64,000 nt of DNA from a virus. Under the pieces are notes generated by a model that made no database searches, had not been told where the DNA came from, and saw only the letters and a list, made by a program, of their open reading frames with translations. Made by a program: the position numbers and the translations under genes. Positions within the stretch are counted from its first letter, which is position 1. Each line of letters begins with the position of its first letter. Below, in pieces: positions 10,303 through 20,836 of the stretch. Location: positions 63,874 through 127,873 of IMG/VR virus record IMGVR_UViG_3300027608_000016. The stretch is one strand, 5' to 3'.

Positions 10303-10569
10303 ATGAGTTTAGAACAAGCATACAATTCAGTTCCTAATACCCCTATCACTAACTTGTCTTGTGGTGGCAGAATTCCTATAATCCAAAGGGATGTTAATAT
10401 AATGAGATTTGAAAATAATGTGTTTCAACAGATTATCAATGCTTTACCTCCTCCCACCCCAACAGAACAGAACAACGATGTTAAAACTCCTATTGTTCAT
10501 AATGTATCTGTAGAAGATGCTATAAGAGAACTAATAGAAATGGAAAAGGCTGGAAAACTTAACTGTTAA
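10303..10569 (+). CDS. Hypothetical protein
   Basis: ORF filling the gap between divergent genes. Confidence 0.55.
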   Translation: MSLEQAYNSVPNTPITNLSCGGRIPIIQRDVNIMRFENNVFQQIINALPPPTPTEQNNDVKTPIVHNVSVEDAIRELIEMEKAGKLNC

Positions 10570-10940
10570 TACTCTTCTTCTACTTCAGGTGTTGTCAATT
10601 CATCCCAATCCAACCTTTCAGTGTTAACGTTATTCCAAGACAACTCCACATGAACTGTAATATCTTCGTCTAATCCTATTCTTTTTTGCAATTTTTCATG
10701 TGCCACCTTGATTATGACAGCTTTTAACATTTTAACCTTTTCTTCAGGCTGCAATTCCTTTGAGTTTCTAATCGTTGTTGCGTCTTCTCTATCTCTTAAA
10801 TCCTCTGATAGAACCCAAATTTCTACATGTGCAGAAGCCGAAAACCTAACATCATTGGGGGTTTGGAAATCCTCTCTTAAAATGTTTCCGCCAGTGGTCA
10901 ATTTTACTATAGTATCGTTAAATAATTCTTGAAATCTCAT
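10566..10940 (-). CDS. Hypothetical protein with MRFQEL leader
   Basis: MRFQELFND...ILRE; TAAATA 5 nt upstream. Confidence 0.7.
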   Translation of the reverse strand: MRFQELFNDTIVKLTTGGNILREDFQTPNDVRFSASAHVEIWVLSEDLRDREDATTIRNSKELQPEEKVKMLKAVIIKVAHEKLQKRIGLDEDITVHVELSWNNVNTERLDWDELTTPEVEEEY

Positions 10941-10984
10941 GAGATTATTTAACCGATTTCACATTTTTAATAAATATAAATGAT

Positions 10985-11710
10985 ATGCACGATAAAGAAT
11001 CAGATAGAATTTGGAACAGTTATAAACAATCTATGATAATTGAAAGTGTTTCCTTTTCTGTTGAAGATTCATCTGATAGAGAACCTAGAACCATATTAGA
11101 CGTTTCCTTTGCAGTTTTAAACGATTTCCTGTATGATTTCTTAAAGGGTAACAATATATCACCTAAAAAAGTTTATGCTCACGATATGTTAACAAGTGAT
11201 GGTGGGGATTTCGACAAGACAGATGGGGTTATTAATTTTTACGTTTCAGATATTCCACAAGAATTGAAACAGAAAGCAATATCTGGTGTGAAATACCATA
11301 TAGGGAATTATGCAAAATTAATCGGGGAACCGATAGAAGAAAAATCTAAAATATATGATTCTTTAGTGATAAGATTTAAAATTTCAATAGAACATAAAAA
11401 CGATGTGTCAGCACCAGAAATAAATTGGAGCAACATGAACACAAATTTAATATTGAAAGACGTTTTAAATTACTCTCAAGATACTATAAACGACTATGAA
11501 TCTTTAGACGTTAGGGACTTGTTAATAAAAATAGAGTCTGTGGAAGACAACGATTACATATTACAAAAATCCGAGCGTCCATATTCTCAAGAAGGAAATC
11601 ATCATATTACTGGTTTATCTAAAGAAGAAATACAGCATAGATTATCAGAACTTAAAAAGATGTGCGAGTGGGCTATCGAAAATGGTTATAGTAAAATAAA
11701 CCTAAGTTGA
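10985..11710 (+). CDS. Hypothetical protein with second-type leader
   Basis: MHDKESDRIWNSYKQSMIIE; TAAATA 7 nt upstream. Confidence 0.75.
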   Translation: MHDKESDRIWNSYKQSMIIESVSFSVEDSSDREPRTILDVSFAVLNDFLYDFLKGNNISPKKVYAHDMLTSDGGDFDKTDGVINFYVSDIPQELKQKAISGVKYHIGNYAKLIGEPIEEKSKIYDSLVIRFKISIEHKNDVSAPEINWSNMNTNLILKDVLNYSQDTINDYESLDVRDLLIKIESVEDNDYILQKSERPYSQEGNHHITGLSKEEIQHRLSELKKMCEWAIENGYSKINLS

Positions 11711-11949
11711 TTTTATTGCTACACAATCACTTAAAACGTTTTCGTTCACCTTTTTCCAGTTCCCCAAATGTCCTTTTTTTAAATGACATTCTTTACTTAT
11801 CTCTTCGCATAGTGTAATTAAATTAGTTGGGTCTAATTCTAAAGTTGGGTCTATATGGAACGGTTTTACGTGATGAACCTCTAAATTTTTAGTTCCTCCA
11901 CAGTTCCTCCACAGTTCCCACTCTTCCCTCTATAAAGGATGTCAAACAT
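11702..11949 (-). pseudogene. Frameshifted HNH endonuclease
   Basis: Frame CGGTKNLEVHHVKPF...NLITLCEEISKECHLKKGH is joined to the ATG at 11949 only if one copy of an 11-bp tandem duplication (GTGGAGGAACT, about 11891-11912) is removed. Confidence 0.75.
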
Positions 11950-12019
11950 ATATTTATTTTATTGTTATCTAGCCAGCACAACACTGGACTTCGTTTTATT
12001 TATCACAGTTTCTCGAAAA

Positions 12020-12679
12020 TCAACTCCAAAAAGCTTCACGATTGTTTATTATCCATGTCAAACATTCCGTGTCTTTGGTTTTCAACTCTTCTTCTAATCT
12101 GTTCAATTCACCATATAACTCTTCATATGTCCCTTTCGCGTTTCTAGGCGGATAAGAATTTGAAATTTTAACATCCATTATATCTCGTTCTATGGTTATA
12201 TAAGAATACCAAAATTGTAATTCATTGTAGAATTTTTTATGTGGTTCATCGCTTTCCCAATTAATATTATCACATTCTTCTTCTTTAAATTTTTTCAGAC
12301 ATTCAAATAGGAAATTCGGTATTAATTCTGTAATGTCAGACCAAGTTCTAGGTATGATTTTTCTTAGTCTAGTATTTTGTGGGGCGAATATTGGTCGTAT
12401 ATTATCGTAATATGTATTATTCCAATAAAATTTATACCAACTCAATTTTCTGTATAGATATTCTCTGAAAAAATATTGAACGGGGAACTCCTTTTTCAGG
12501 AAATTGTAATATTTGTCTGGTTCTGTTCTATCAAAAGCCGAATCCATAGTAAATGATGCAATGTTTCTATACCACCAGCCATTAACAGTCCTCTCGTTCT
12601 TAGGAAGTTTTATGTAATCATCTACTGTCTTTGTATGTATAGATTTTGTATATCTTTTAACCGATTTTTCTATGTTCAT
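12020..12679 (-). CDS. Hypothetical phage protein
   Basis: TTGACA-16-TATAGT-6-ATG upstream; long ORF. Confidence 0.7.
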   Translation of the reverse strand: MNIEKSVKRYTKSIHTKTVDDYIKLPKNERTVNGWWYRNIASFTMDSAFDRTEPDKYYNFLKKEFPVQYFFREYLYRKLSWYKFYWNNTYYDNIRPIFAPQNTRLRKIIPRTWSDITELIPNFLFECLKKFKEEECDNINWESDEPHKKFYNELQFWYSYITIERDIMDVKISNSYPPRNAKGTYEELYGELNRLEEELKTKDTECLTWIINNREAFWS

Positions 12680-12732
12680 GATTGCACTATACACTTTTAA
12701 TGATAAATGTCAATAGTTTGATAAATAATTAT

Positions 12733-12975
12733 ATGAATTTTTTGGAACTGTGTGAGAATATTATAAAAGAGGTTAAACCTGATAGTATGGAAGATATTGC
12801 AACTAAGTTAGATATCAAATATAACGGCATACAAGAAGGTTATAAAAATATACCTCCTATGCACTTATTCACAGATTTAAAAACTGGAAGCACCTTTTCT
12901 GTAAACATAAAAGCAAAAGAAGAGGATGTATTGAAAGCATTAAGTGAAACGAGGGAAAAATTTAAAGATATTTAA
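12733..12975 (+). CDS. Hypothetical protein with leader
   Basis: MNFLELCENIIKE; TAAATA 5 nt upstream of ATG 12733. Confidence 0.7.
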   Translation: MNFLELCENIIKEVKPDSMEDIATKLDIKYNGIQEGYKNIPPMHLFTDLKTGSTFSVNIKAKEEDVLKALSETREKFKDI

Positions 12976-12979
12976 AACA

Positions 12980-13411
12980 ATGAATATAGTATCAACAATA
13001 CATAAAATATTAGAAGAATTAGAACACGGAACAGATTATTTAGGTAACTGTGTAGATTTGTGTTCACAGTTTGGGGACGATGGAGATGCAGCAGAATGGA
13101 TGCAAAATGTTTTAGGAGATGATGAAAACGTATATAGATTATCGGAAAACGATTTTTACGTTTTTGTAAATTCTGATAGTGTTCCAATTAAAGCGAAAAA
13201 CGGTTCTGATAAAGAGTTTTATTTTATATCCAACGGATCAGGACATCCAAACGGTTTCACTAATTTCATATTATACTCTACGAATAAAAGGGGTCATGAT
13301 ATTCATTATTTTTTCAATGTTTCTAGTAATATAGATATACAAGAACAAGTATATAAACTCCCTAAAATACAAAATGGGTTTGGGGCTGGAGAGAATATGA
13401 ACGAATCATGA
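12980..13411 (+). CDS. Hypothetical protein with leader
   Basis: MNIVSTIHKILEE; follows the previous gene directly. Confidence 0.65.
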   Translation: MNIVSTIHKILEELEHGTDYLGNCVDLCSQFGDDGDAAEWMQNVLGDDENVYRLSENDFYVFVNSDSVPIKAKNGSDKEFYFISNGSGHPNGFTNFILYSTNKRGHDIHYFFNVSSNIDIQEQVYKLPKIQNGFGAGENMNES

Positions 13412-13618
13412 AAACTTTTTAGGCTCTGAACTGTTCATTTCCATCAACTTTCTCAGAAAATTTAAACAATTAGAGTCTAATTTGATTTGCAATTCTTTAA
13501 GTTTATAGTCAGACTTGTTCTTCTCTTCCATTATGTTTAATTCTCTTTGTTTCGCCAGATGTGTTGGAACGGAGTATGCAATAGCCCAAACCACAGAAAT
13601 CAAACATAGGTATTTCAT
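13406..13618 (-). CDS. Small protein with N-terminal hydrophobic segment
   Basis: MKYLCLISVVWAIAYSV; TAAATA upstream. Confidence 0.5.
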   Translation of the reverse strand: MKYLCLISVVWAIAYSVPTHLAKQRELNIMEEKNKSDYKLKELQIKLDSNCLNFLRKLMEMNSSEPKKFS

Positions 13619-13653
13619 ATTTATATTTAATCAATAACGTTAAATAATAACAT

Positions 13654-14466
13654 ATGAAATTTGACAGTAAATACCAAGAGATTCTTAAAAATCAAACATT
13701 ATTCGTAAAAGAAATGTTGAAAAAATCTGGAAAAACTGACGAAGAGATAGAAATAATATTAGAAAAGGGTTGGGGAAAAGCTGCTTTGGCTGGATTAGTA
13801 GGAATGGGAGCACTTACAGGAGGATTCATGAAAAGTAAAGATGAATATATGAGTAAACATCCTCAAATACAATCTCGAATAAAAGATGCCGATATTAAAC
13901 CAGTAAATAAAGAAGACAAAAAAGAGGAAGTAAGTGTTCCAACAAAAAGAGAAAATCATGGATTCTCTCAAGATTTTCTAAACTTCGTTAAAAAATATGA
14001 AGCGGATAACGGATTTTTCAAGTTTGCTTATATGGACGGTAAGAAAGATGATGGTTCACAAAGATGGAGTATAGGATATGGAACTTTAGCTAGACCAGAA
14101 GAAGAAGGTGGCAAGGTGAAAATAACAGAACAAGAAGCTTTTAATAGGTTGATAGAGGAATTAAAAACCCATAGAAATAGAGTTTTGAGCGCAGCTAAAA
14201 AAACGAATGTCCATCTTAATAGCAATGAATTGGATGCATTAACTAGTTTCGACTACAATACAGGAGCAGGACGAAAGGCTATATTAAATTGTCGTGGTAA
14301 AAAGTCGAATATATCAAATTACATGAAACTGTTTAAAAATTTCGAGGGAAAAGAAAACATAGGATTGATGAACAGAAGGGCAGATGAAGTGGGGATGTTC
14401 GCAAATAATGATTATAACGTTAATAAAAAGTTGACATCTAATAAAAAACATATTAATAATGGATAA
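13654..14466 (+). CDS. Phage lysozyme (GH24-like muramidase) with leader and Gly/Ala-rich hydrophobic helix
   Basis: KKYE...AYMD...WSIGYG...ITEQEA...DALTSFDYNTG...GLMNRRADE; N-term MKFDSKY...ILEKGWGKAALAGLVGMGALTGG; TAAATA 7 nt upstream. Confidence 0.8.
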   Translation: MKFDSKYQEILKNQTLFVKEMLKKSGKTDEEIEIILEKGWGKAALAGLVGMGALTGGFMKSKDEYMSKHPQIQSRIKDADIKPVNKEDKKEEVSVPTKRENHGFSQDFLNFVKKYEADNGFFKFAYMDGKKDDGSQRWSIGYGTLARPEEEGGKVKITEQEAFNRLIEELKTHRNRVLSAAKKTNVHLNSNELDALTSFDYNTGAGRKAILNCRGKKSNISNYMKLFKNFEGKENIGLMNRRADEVGMFANNDYNVNKKLTSNKKHINNG

Positions 14467-14481
14467 CACCTTTTTAAACAT

Positions 14482-15078
14482 ATGGGATTATTCGACAACG
14501 TAAATTGCAAATATAAACTACCTGATATAGACCTTTCAGGAACTTCTCTCACTAAAGAAGAACTACAAGAAGAAAACTATCAAACTAAAGATTTTGATTC
14601 TTCTATGATTAGTTATACATTTAATGAAGACGGAACTGTTACATATGAAACTTACGAATCTTATGAATGGGTTGATGACGATACAGCTTTTTTAGGAGGG
14701 TATAGTAAAGGTGTAAATCTTCAACATATTACGGTTAAGGATGATCATGTAATACGTTTTTATTCTTCTATAAACAAAAATCAAGACGAAAACGATTATT
14801 GGATTGAATGGAAGGCTCTTATAATAAACGGTGTAATATCTTCGATAACACTAGAAAAACTAGAAAAAGATTCGAATGCAACTCGTAAAGAAAATGAAAA
14901 GCTTTGGAAAGAAGAAGCATTAGAAAGAAATGTTTATATGAACAGTTTCAAATATAAATACTTGATGAAGTTTGTGGAAAAGGGTAGAAGAAGGATAGGA
15001 AGATTTTTAATATCTATAACATCTTTCTGTATAAAATCTTTACATGTAGTAAACAGTTTTATATATAAACTGCTTTAA
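14482..15078 (+). CDS. Conserved hypothetical phage protein
   Basis: MGLFDNVNCKYKLP...YQTKDFD start pattern. Confidence 0.7.
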   Translation: MGLFDNVNCKYKLPDIDLSGTSLTKEELQEENYQTKDFDSSMISYTFNEDGTVTYETYESYEWVDDDTAFLGGYSKGVNLQHITVKDDHVIRFYSSINKNQDENDYWIEWKALIINGVISSITLEKLEKDSNATRKENEKLWKEEALERNVYMNSFKYKYLMKFVEKGRRRIGRFLISITSFCIKSLHVVNSFIYKLL

Positions 15079-15579
15079 TTATTCCATTCCTGCCCACTCT
15101 CTATATTCATCTCTGTCCATGTCCCCCCTAGGATTATCGTAATCTGGCTCGTCGCTTCCATCACCATCATAAGATTCTATTTGATCTCGTGTTCGTTCAT
15201 TCATGGCTTTCAGAGCTATTTTTACCAGTTCCAAAAATTCTTTTACTCCACCTACAGTTGAAGGAGTGACTGTTGTATTGTTTCCTTGCTCATCAGTGGT
15301 ATAAATTTCCATGTGAGTAACATTCTCTTCTTCTGCATCCCAAAAAGGATTGTCATATCTTCCATCTTGGCCGGGGTCATAATACATTCCATAGTCCACA
15401 TCAGCAATTCCCGTAAAATCTTCTAATTGTCCTCTTATTGGAGCCTGAAACTCGAATTCTATCTCAGACAATTCTAAAACATGATGGCTTCTTATAGAAT
15501 TGTTATCACTATAAACACCATCAGCATATTGTTCCCCAAAATTTTCCATTAACGATTTTACTAGATTATTGAACTTCAT
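15079..15579 (-). CDS. Acidic hypothetical protein with MKFNNL leader
   Basis: MKFNNLVKSLME; TAAATA 5 nt upstream. Confidence 0.75.
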   Translation of the reverse strand: MKFNNLVKSLMENFGEQYADGVYSDNNSIRSHHVLELSEIEFEFQAPIRGQLEDFTGIADVDYGMYYDPGQDGRYDNPFWDAEEENVTHMEIYTTDEQGNNTTVTPSTVGGVKEFLELVKIALKAMNERTRDQIESYDGDGSDEPDYDNPRGDMDRDEYREWAGME

Positions 15580-15615
15580 GTTTATATTTATCTTAAATCG
15601 ATAAATAATACATAA

Positions 15616-17361
15616 ATGAGAAACAAAGACGTATTATTAATAGAAAATATTTACATGAATAATGTGTTTTTGAGGGAATATCAAGAAAACGCAACTTTAA
15701 AGATGATAATGCACTTTAAGAAAACGTCAGAGCAACCTGATGCTATTATAAGAGATTATATATCTAAATTTGAAAAAATAAAGGACAAACTGCCAAAAAA
15801 AGACCCCTTTCAATATAAAACATTTCAAGAGTTTGAAAACGTTATAGATTCAAATACGAAAAATACAGTATCAAAAGCAGATATAGAAAATGTAAACGTA
15901 GACAATTTAAAGGTTTATGAAGATAAAAATATTATAGTTTATAAAGCTAGAAATGCTACAGAATCTATAAAATTGGGAAATAATCAATATTACTCCTTTT
16001 GCATTTCAAGAAAAAGCGGAAATTTATATTCAGGATATCGTTTAAGAGCAGAATCAACATTTTATTTCGTGAGATTTAAAAATAAATCCGATGAAAAAAA
16101 TGGGGACAATATGTTTGTTGATCCTAGTCATTATATAGTCATAGACGCACAATCTAGTGGAAGGTATCAATGGACTTGGGCTGATAATGGAAGTCAAGGA
16201 CATCCAACTAAAGATGTAACCGTAAACGAAATCGTAAAAGATTTTCCAGAATTAAAAACTCCTTTTAATAATGAAATATTCGAAAACGATCCTTCAACTA
16301 AAGAAGAAAAACAAAAATTGAAAAAATTTCAAAACTTGAACAACGATTTTAATGTAGAAGTTTTTAAAAGTTTAAATCCTAACGAAAAAGAAGAGTATAT
16401 TAAAAGCGGATTTAAGGTTTCTTCACTATCAATTTTAGACAAGGTTTTAAGAAATGAATATCTTGGTATGGGGCATATGTTATCAAATGATGACTTCAAA
16501 TCTTTAAATGCTAATGAAAAAAATAGATGGTTGAAATTCAGCATTCAGGTTTGCTATATTTCAGATATTGCTGAATTATACGTTTTGTCCAATGAACCAG
16601 TTCCAGAAGTTGTTTTAGACGTTATCATAAAAGATAGTTCCACTTCTCATTATTATGCAGTAATTTTATTACACAGCAATAAACCAGTTCCAGAAAATAT
16701 CGTGAACAGGTTTGCAAGTAATGGGAATTACTATTCCCATTATGCAAGACTTTTAGTCGAAAAAGGTAAACCAGTTCCAGAAGTTATATTGAACAGTATT
16801 GTAAATGATCTTGTTGCGTCTGTTAGTTACGCGACAATTCTAATCCGAAACGATATACCAGTTCCAAAAATTGTAGTAAACAGTATTGCGAAAGATAGTG
16901 AACACTCTTATGAATATGCAAAGTTTTTAATTAAAAACGATAAACCAGTTCCAGAAATTATCGTGAACCGTATTGTAAGTGATAATAATGGTGAATGTCA
17001 ATACTCTAATTATGAATACTCTTATCAGTATGCATTACTTATAATCCAGAAGAATAAACCAGTTCCAGAAATTATCATGAACTGTATTGCAGAGGATGGT
17101 GAAAGCTCTTATGAATATGCAATATTTTTAATTCTAAAAGATAAACCAGTTCCAGAAATTATCTTGAACAGTATTTTAGAGGATAGTTATATTTCTTTAG
17201 AATATGCAAAGTTTTTAATTGAAAACGATAAACCAGTTCCAGAAATTATCTTGAACAGTATTGCAAAGGATAGTATACGCTCTAGGAAATATGCAGAGTT
17301 TTTAATTCAAAACAAAAAACCAGTTCCAGAAATCATTAAAGCTGCATCCATTAAACCTTAG
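15616..17361 (+). CDS. Protein with second-type leader and C-terminal 29-aa helical tandem repeats
   Basis: MRNKDVLLIENIY...FLRE; nine (K/E/I)PVP(E/K) repeats; TAAATA 8 nt upstream. Confidence 0.8.
   Translation: MRNKDVLLIENIYMNNVFLREYQENATLKMIMHFKKTSEQPDAIIRDYISKFEKIKDKLPKKDPFQYKTFQEFENVIDSNTKNTVSKADIENVNVDNLKVYEDKNIIVYKARNATESIKLGNNQYYSFCISRKSGNLYSGYRLRAESTFYFVRFKNKSDEKNGDNMFVDPSHYIVIDAQSSGRYQWTWADNGSQGHPTKDVTVNEIVKDFPELKTPFNNEIFENDPSTKEEKQKLKKFQNLNNDFNVEVFKSLNPNEKEEYIKSGFKVSSLSILDKVLRNEYLGMGHMLSNDDFKSLNANEKNRWLKFSIQVCYISDIAELYVLSNEPVPEVVLDVIIKDSSTSHYYAVILLHSNKPVPENIVNRFASNGNYYSHYARLLVEKGKPVPEVILNSIVNDLVASVSYATILIRNDIPVPKIVVNSIAKDSEHSYEYAKFLIKNDKPVPEIIVNRIVSDNNGECQYSNYEYSYQYALLIIQKNKPVPEIIMNCIAEDGESSYEYAIFLILKDKPVPEIILNSILEDSYISLEYAKFLIENDKPVPEIILNSIAKDSIRSRKYAEFLIQNKKPVPEIIKAASIKP
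16594..17340 (+). repeat. Coding tandem repeat, 87-bp period
   Basis: AAACCAGTTCCAGAA at 16681, 16768, 16942, 17056, 17143, 17230 and 17317 (one unit has a 27-bp insert); encodes KPVPEIILNSIxxDSxxSYEYAxFLIxxD. Confidence 0.85.
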
Positions 17362-18427
17362 AATTGTTTATATATTCATGAGAATAGCTCAATGTGTTTA
17401 TTCTCATTTTATCGTTCATCCCTTTAATTCCTTTATTTGAGCTATACTTTTCTGGTCTTTTCCACCCATTCTTGCCTGTTGCTCTCCATATTTCAGGGTG
17501 TGAGTTTCTATATTCCCCCAAAATAGGATGAGAAGTTTTAGAATAATACCTATAACCCTTCCCTAACATTATATCTCCAACAGCATTCGAAATTTTGACT
17601 CCTATCCCCAAACCCCTATAATCTGGGAGAACACACAAACGATGCTCTCTCCAAGCGTTTTTGAGCGTTCCAGAGGGCATTGGTAACACTGATACAAACC
17701 CAACTATTGCTCCATCCCATATTGCCACCCAACTTCTACATGCTTTGTTTATATCACCACTTAAATAATGATGGTCACGGAAGATTCTCCAGCAATTAGT
17801 TTCACATCTGCTAATTTGTAATTCAATTTGAGGTCGCTGAAGACACCCCCTCGGAAACGATAAATTCCCTGTCAAAGTGTCAAAAATCCAATCGGGTCTT
17901 AGATATTCTATTATATCATAGTGACAAGATGAAAAAACCACACCTTTCAATCCTTTGTTGTGTATATATCTGTTAATAGCATTAGAACAACTCTTAGCTA
18001 CGTTTCTATCTACTACACTCGTAAATTCATCAAAGGATGTATTGTCTCCTATACTTTTTGCCATTCTAGCTCTGAATTGTTGACCGTTAGATAATACATG
18101 ATAAGGTTTAACCCAAGAAGGGACATCTGACAATCCAACACCTGTCAGTTTTTCTATAGACTCCTTAGAATCTCCTAATTGACTGCATATTGCTTTATTA
18201 TGTTCCCAAGTAGGTTCTTGTGTGATTCCGTAGTTTCTAGACAATAACTGAGTTTTACCTGAACCAGAACTTCCTACTATCAATCCTATACTCCAAGTTC
18301 CATCACGTAAAGGTGCTTTGAAATCTGGAAGGATATATTTAGAAGTTCCATCAAATGAATAATCAAATGGTAGTATAATTTCTTCTAATATAGAATCTTT
18401 ATCTACTATTGTGCTTAGTTCTATCAT
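17351..18427 (-). CDS. ABC-type ATPase fused to GNAT acetyltransferase
   Basis: GSSGSGKT, LSNGQQFRA, FDEFTSVVDR, SSCHYD; C-terminal HHYL...RLCVLPDYRGLGIG acetyl-CoA-binding motif. Confidence 0.85.
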   Translation of the reverse strand: MIELSTIVDKDSILEEIILPFDYSFDGTSKYILPDFKAPLRDGTWSIGLIVGSSGSGKTQLLSRNYGITQEPTWEHNKAICSQLGDSKESIEKLTGVGLSDVPSWVKPYHVLSNGQQFRARMAKSIGDNTSFDEFTSVVDRNVAKSCSNAINRYIHNKGLKGVVFSSCHYDIIEYLRPDWIFDTLTGNLSFPRGCLQRPQIELQISRCETNCWRIFRDHHYLSGDINKACRSWVAIWDGAIVGFVSVLPMPSGTLKNAWREHRLCVLPDYRGLGIGVKISNAVGDIMLGKGYRYYSKTSHPILGEYRNSHPEIWRATGKNGWKRPEKYSSNKGIKGMNDKMRINTLSYSHEYINNSKV

Positions 18428-18637
18428 TACGTTTTTTATTTTTTCTGAATATACAGAAACCTAAAAGGACTGTCATAGAACACACTGTAATAAAATCAAT
18501 TATTTTATTTTTCATAGTTTATGTGGGTTCGTTTTTGCATTTTGATAGACTCTTCAACTTTTGATACTATTACAACACCGAAAAACATGAACACTATGAC
18601 GAGAAAAGCATAGAACATTTTATCCGTTAAATCGTTT

Positions 18638-18988
18638 TTATTGTTGTGCATCATATTTATATTGTATAGGGGATAATTCTTTTTGGGCTTCTCTCTTTTG
18701 AAACATTTGATCATCAGCAGAGTTATTAGCTATTTCTAAACACTTTTTTAAAGTTTCGATATATTCGTCTTTAAGTCTGATTTCGTTCCTCAATCTTCTT
18801 ACATTAAATAATGAATCGTCTCCAGTGTCTCTAGTCAATTCTTCTAATTCCAGAATACGTTTTTTCAATATTGTGACTTGTTCCATATCCCCTAGAATCG
18901 TGTCAGGTATTATGCTTAACCCTAAAGACATACGATCTGCTCCAATACAAGCCTCATATGAAGCTATGTAATCATCTTTTGTTGGCAT
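18638..18988 (-). CDS. Hypothetical coiled-coil protein
   Basis: ORF. Confidence 0.55.
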   Translation of the reverse strand: MPTKDDYIASYEACIGADRMSLGLSIIPDTILGDMEQVTILKKRILELEELTRDTGDDSLFNVRRLRNEIRLKDEYIETLKKCLEIANNSADDQMFQKREAQKELSPIQYKYDAQQ

Positions 18989-19608
18989 TTTAAATCTCTT
19001 CTATGTTGAAATCCACAAACGGGAAAAGATATTCGTTGGTCTTCAATGTTTTTTTGTGATTCTTTTCAATCTTCATCATGCTTTTCAAAACATTGGATTT
19101 GTTTACCGTTTCAGTATGTTCTATTCCGTCTATTGTGTATGTTAAGTTATATTTTTTCATAGGAACCATTATACTGCTTTTAACGCTATTGTCAAATCAT
19201 TTCGTGTGTTGAACAATACTTCTATAATTTTCTTGGGAGGTTTTAAGATATTTCACAGACTCATTCACCATTTTACCTACAGTTAAAAATATTACTGATA
19301 TTAGTAATATAGTCCCATATTTGTAAAACCTGTTCACATAATTATTTATATGAATTTACCGCTTTTTCCAAAATTCATACCATTTTATTTTTGGTGGCAT
19401 ATATTTAAATTTGAAGGAAAAATCTTTAGAGGGGGTTTCTTTTAAAGGTTTAACTGAAATAAGCTCAGATGTTAAAAGAGTTTGCGAGATATTCTCAATA
19501 GTAGGAAAACCATTTTAGAGAAATTGAGTTTTCTTCTGAAAGGTCGAAGAAATCTTACATACCAAGGTGGTTTAATATATGGAGGTGCGAACTGGTTTTC
19601 TTGTGTTT

Positions 19609-20085
19609 TCATGTAATACTTTGTGAATTTAAATCGTTCTGGCAAGAGTCGCATATTGCTGAATTTGTGCCTGTTACCAACTTTGCATCATGATGTCCGC
19701 AATAATCACATTCATAGTCTCCGAACTTCGGTTTTCTCTTAATATACATTTTACGGACATGATCCATACTTAATTTTACCATTTCGTAATCCGTTTCTTT
19801 ATTGTTTTCGTGATCGCCAATTAAAGAATGTAAAATATATTCTAAATCTATAAGTCTTCTAACATATGCTGCACAATATAACCCCCATTGATCTGAACCT
19901 AACGGCATACCCTGAGATTCTAATAAATTAAGAAGAGTGTTTATTTGTTCATCACCATTTTTAAGATTTGCTAATCTGTAATGGGATTTAGGATATAACT
20001 TTTCCAAAGTAGATTCTTTCTGCGCTTTGAATCTTTCTGCACGTTCTTCGTTTTTAGTTTGCCGTGTTATTTTAATTTCCTTCAT
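19609..20085 (-). CDS. Hypothetical protein with C-terminal CxxC...CxxC zinc ribbon
   Basis: CDYC...CDSC. Confidence 0.6.
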   Translation of the reverse strand: MKEIKITRQTKNEERAERFKAQKESTLEKLYPKSHYRLANLKNGDEQINTLLNLLESQGMPLGSDQWGLYCAAYVRRLIDLEYILHSLIGDHENNKETDYEMVKLSMDHVRKMYIKRKPKFGDYECDYCGHHDAKLVTGTNSAICDSCQNDLNSQSIT

Positions 20086-20443
20086 ATACTTCAACGCTTT
20101 CCGAATAGTATCCGTTAGAAACCCCCAACCATCGAATTACAACCTTTCCCTTTTCTGTTATGAAAGTGAAACTTGTCCAAGTATATGATTCTGGTGCATC
20201 GTCCCAATTTTTAGGTTCTTCGTTGTCCTCATATGCTTCTATAACAGGTGTTCCTATTATACAGTTTATATCTCCTTCTATATACTCAACACCTACAGAT
20301 TCACAACAATCCTGACAATGATACATGGATATTTTTTTACCGTTTTCCAAGGTGAATTCTACCCTATCCGAATTTTCGTTAGCACCTACTATATCAGTTA
20401 TAGTTTGGTTTATTATAGATTTCAGTCTAAGTTCTGGCGACAC
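20072..20443 (-). CDS. Conserved phage protein (QDCCE...SNGYYSE family)
   Basis: MYHCQDCCESV...YTWT...IRWLGVSNGYYSESV. Confidence 0.75.
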   Translation of the reverse strand: MSPELRLKSIINQTITDIVGANENSDRVEFTLENGKKISMYHCQDCCESVGVEYIEGDINCIIGTPVIEAYEDNEEPKNWDDAPESYTWTSFTFITEKGKVVIRWLGVSNGYYSESVEVYEGN

Positions 20444-20449
20444 AGTATT

Positions 20450-20806
20450 TTAATGGTAATGAGTTAATATTAAAGTTTCTGGAATAGGTTCTCCTTTAAC
20501 ATATTCTATTAAATCGTTAGAATATAACCACTTGATAACTTCTTGTCCTCTTCCTACATTTAAACAGTCTTTAATATATGTCAACGGAATTCCATCAGAG
20601 CCAGAGCATTTCCAACAATAACCAGCTAACCAATATTTGCTACTCATCCCATCTAATAATATCCCCATTTGTCCTTCAGCCCCATCACCACACCAAGGAA
20701 AATCTAAATCGGCAAGTTTGTCTTGTTCATCCATAGACAGATTTGAATATTTATCCAAATCTAAATGAACAGCTAATAATATGTATGTTTCGTGTCTTAC
20801 TCCCAT
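20450..20806 (-). CDS. Hypothetical protein
   Basis: ORF with its own TTGACT...TATTAT promoter. Confidence 0.65.
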   Translation of the reverse strand: MGVRHETYILLAVHLDLDKYSNLSMDEQDKLADLDFPWCGDGAEGQMGILLDGMSSKYWLAGYCWKCSGSDGIPLTYIKDCLNVGRGQEVIKWLYSNDLIEYVKGEPIPETLILTHYH

Positions 20807-20836
20807 TTGAACATAATATCACAATTTAACTGTAAG

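Noticed and set aside
16594-17340. Regularly spaced AAACCAGTTCCAGAA repeats resembling a CRISPR array
   Set aside because: The period is 87 bp (a multiple of 3), the spacers are similar to one another, and the whole array lies in frame inside a 581-aa ORF; no cas genes are seen.
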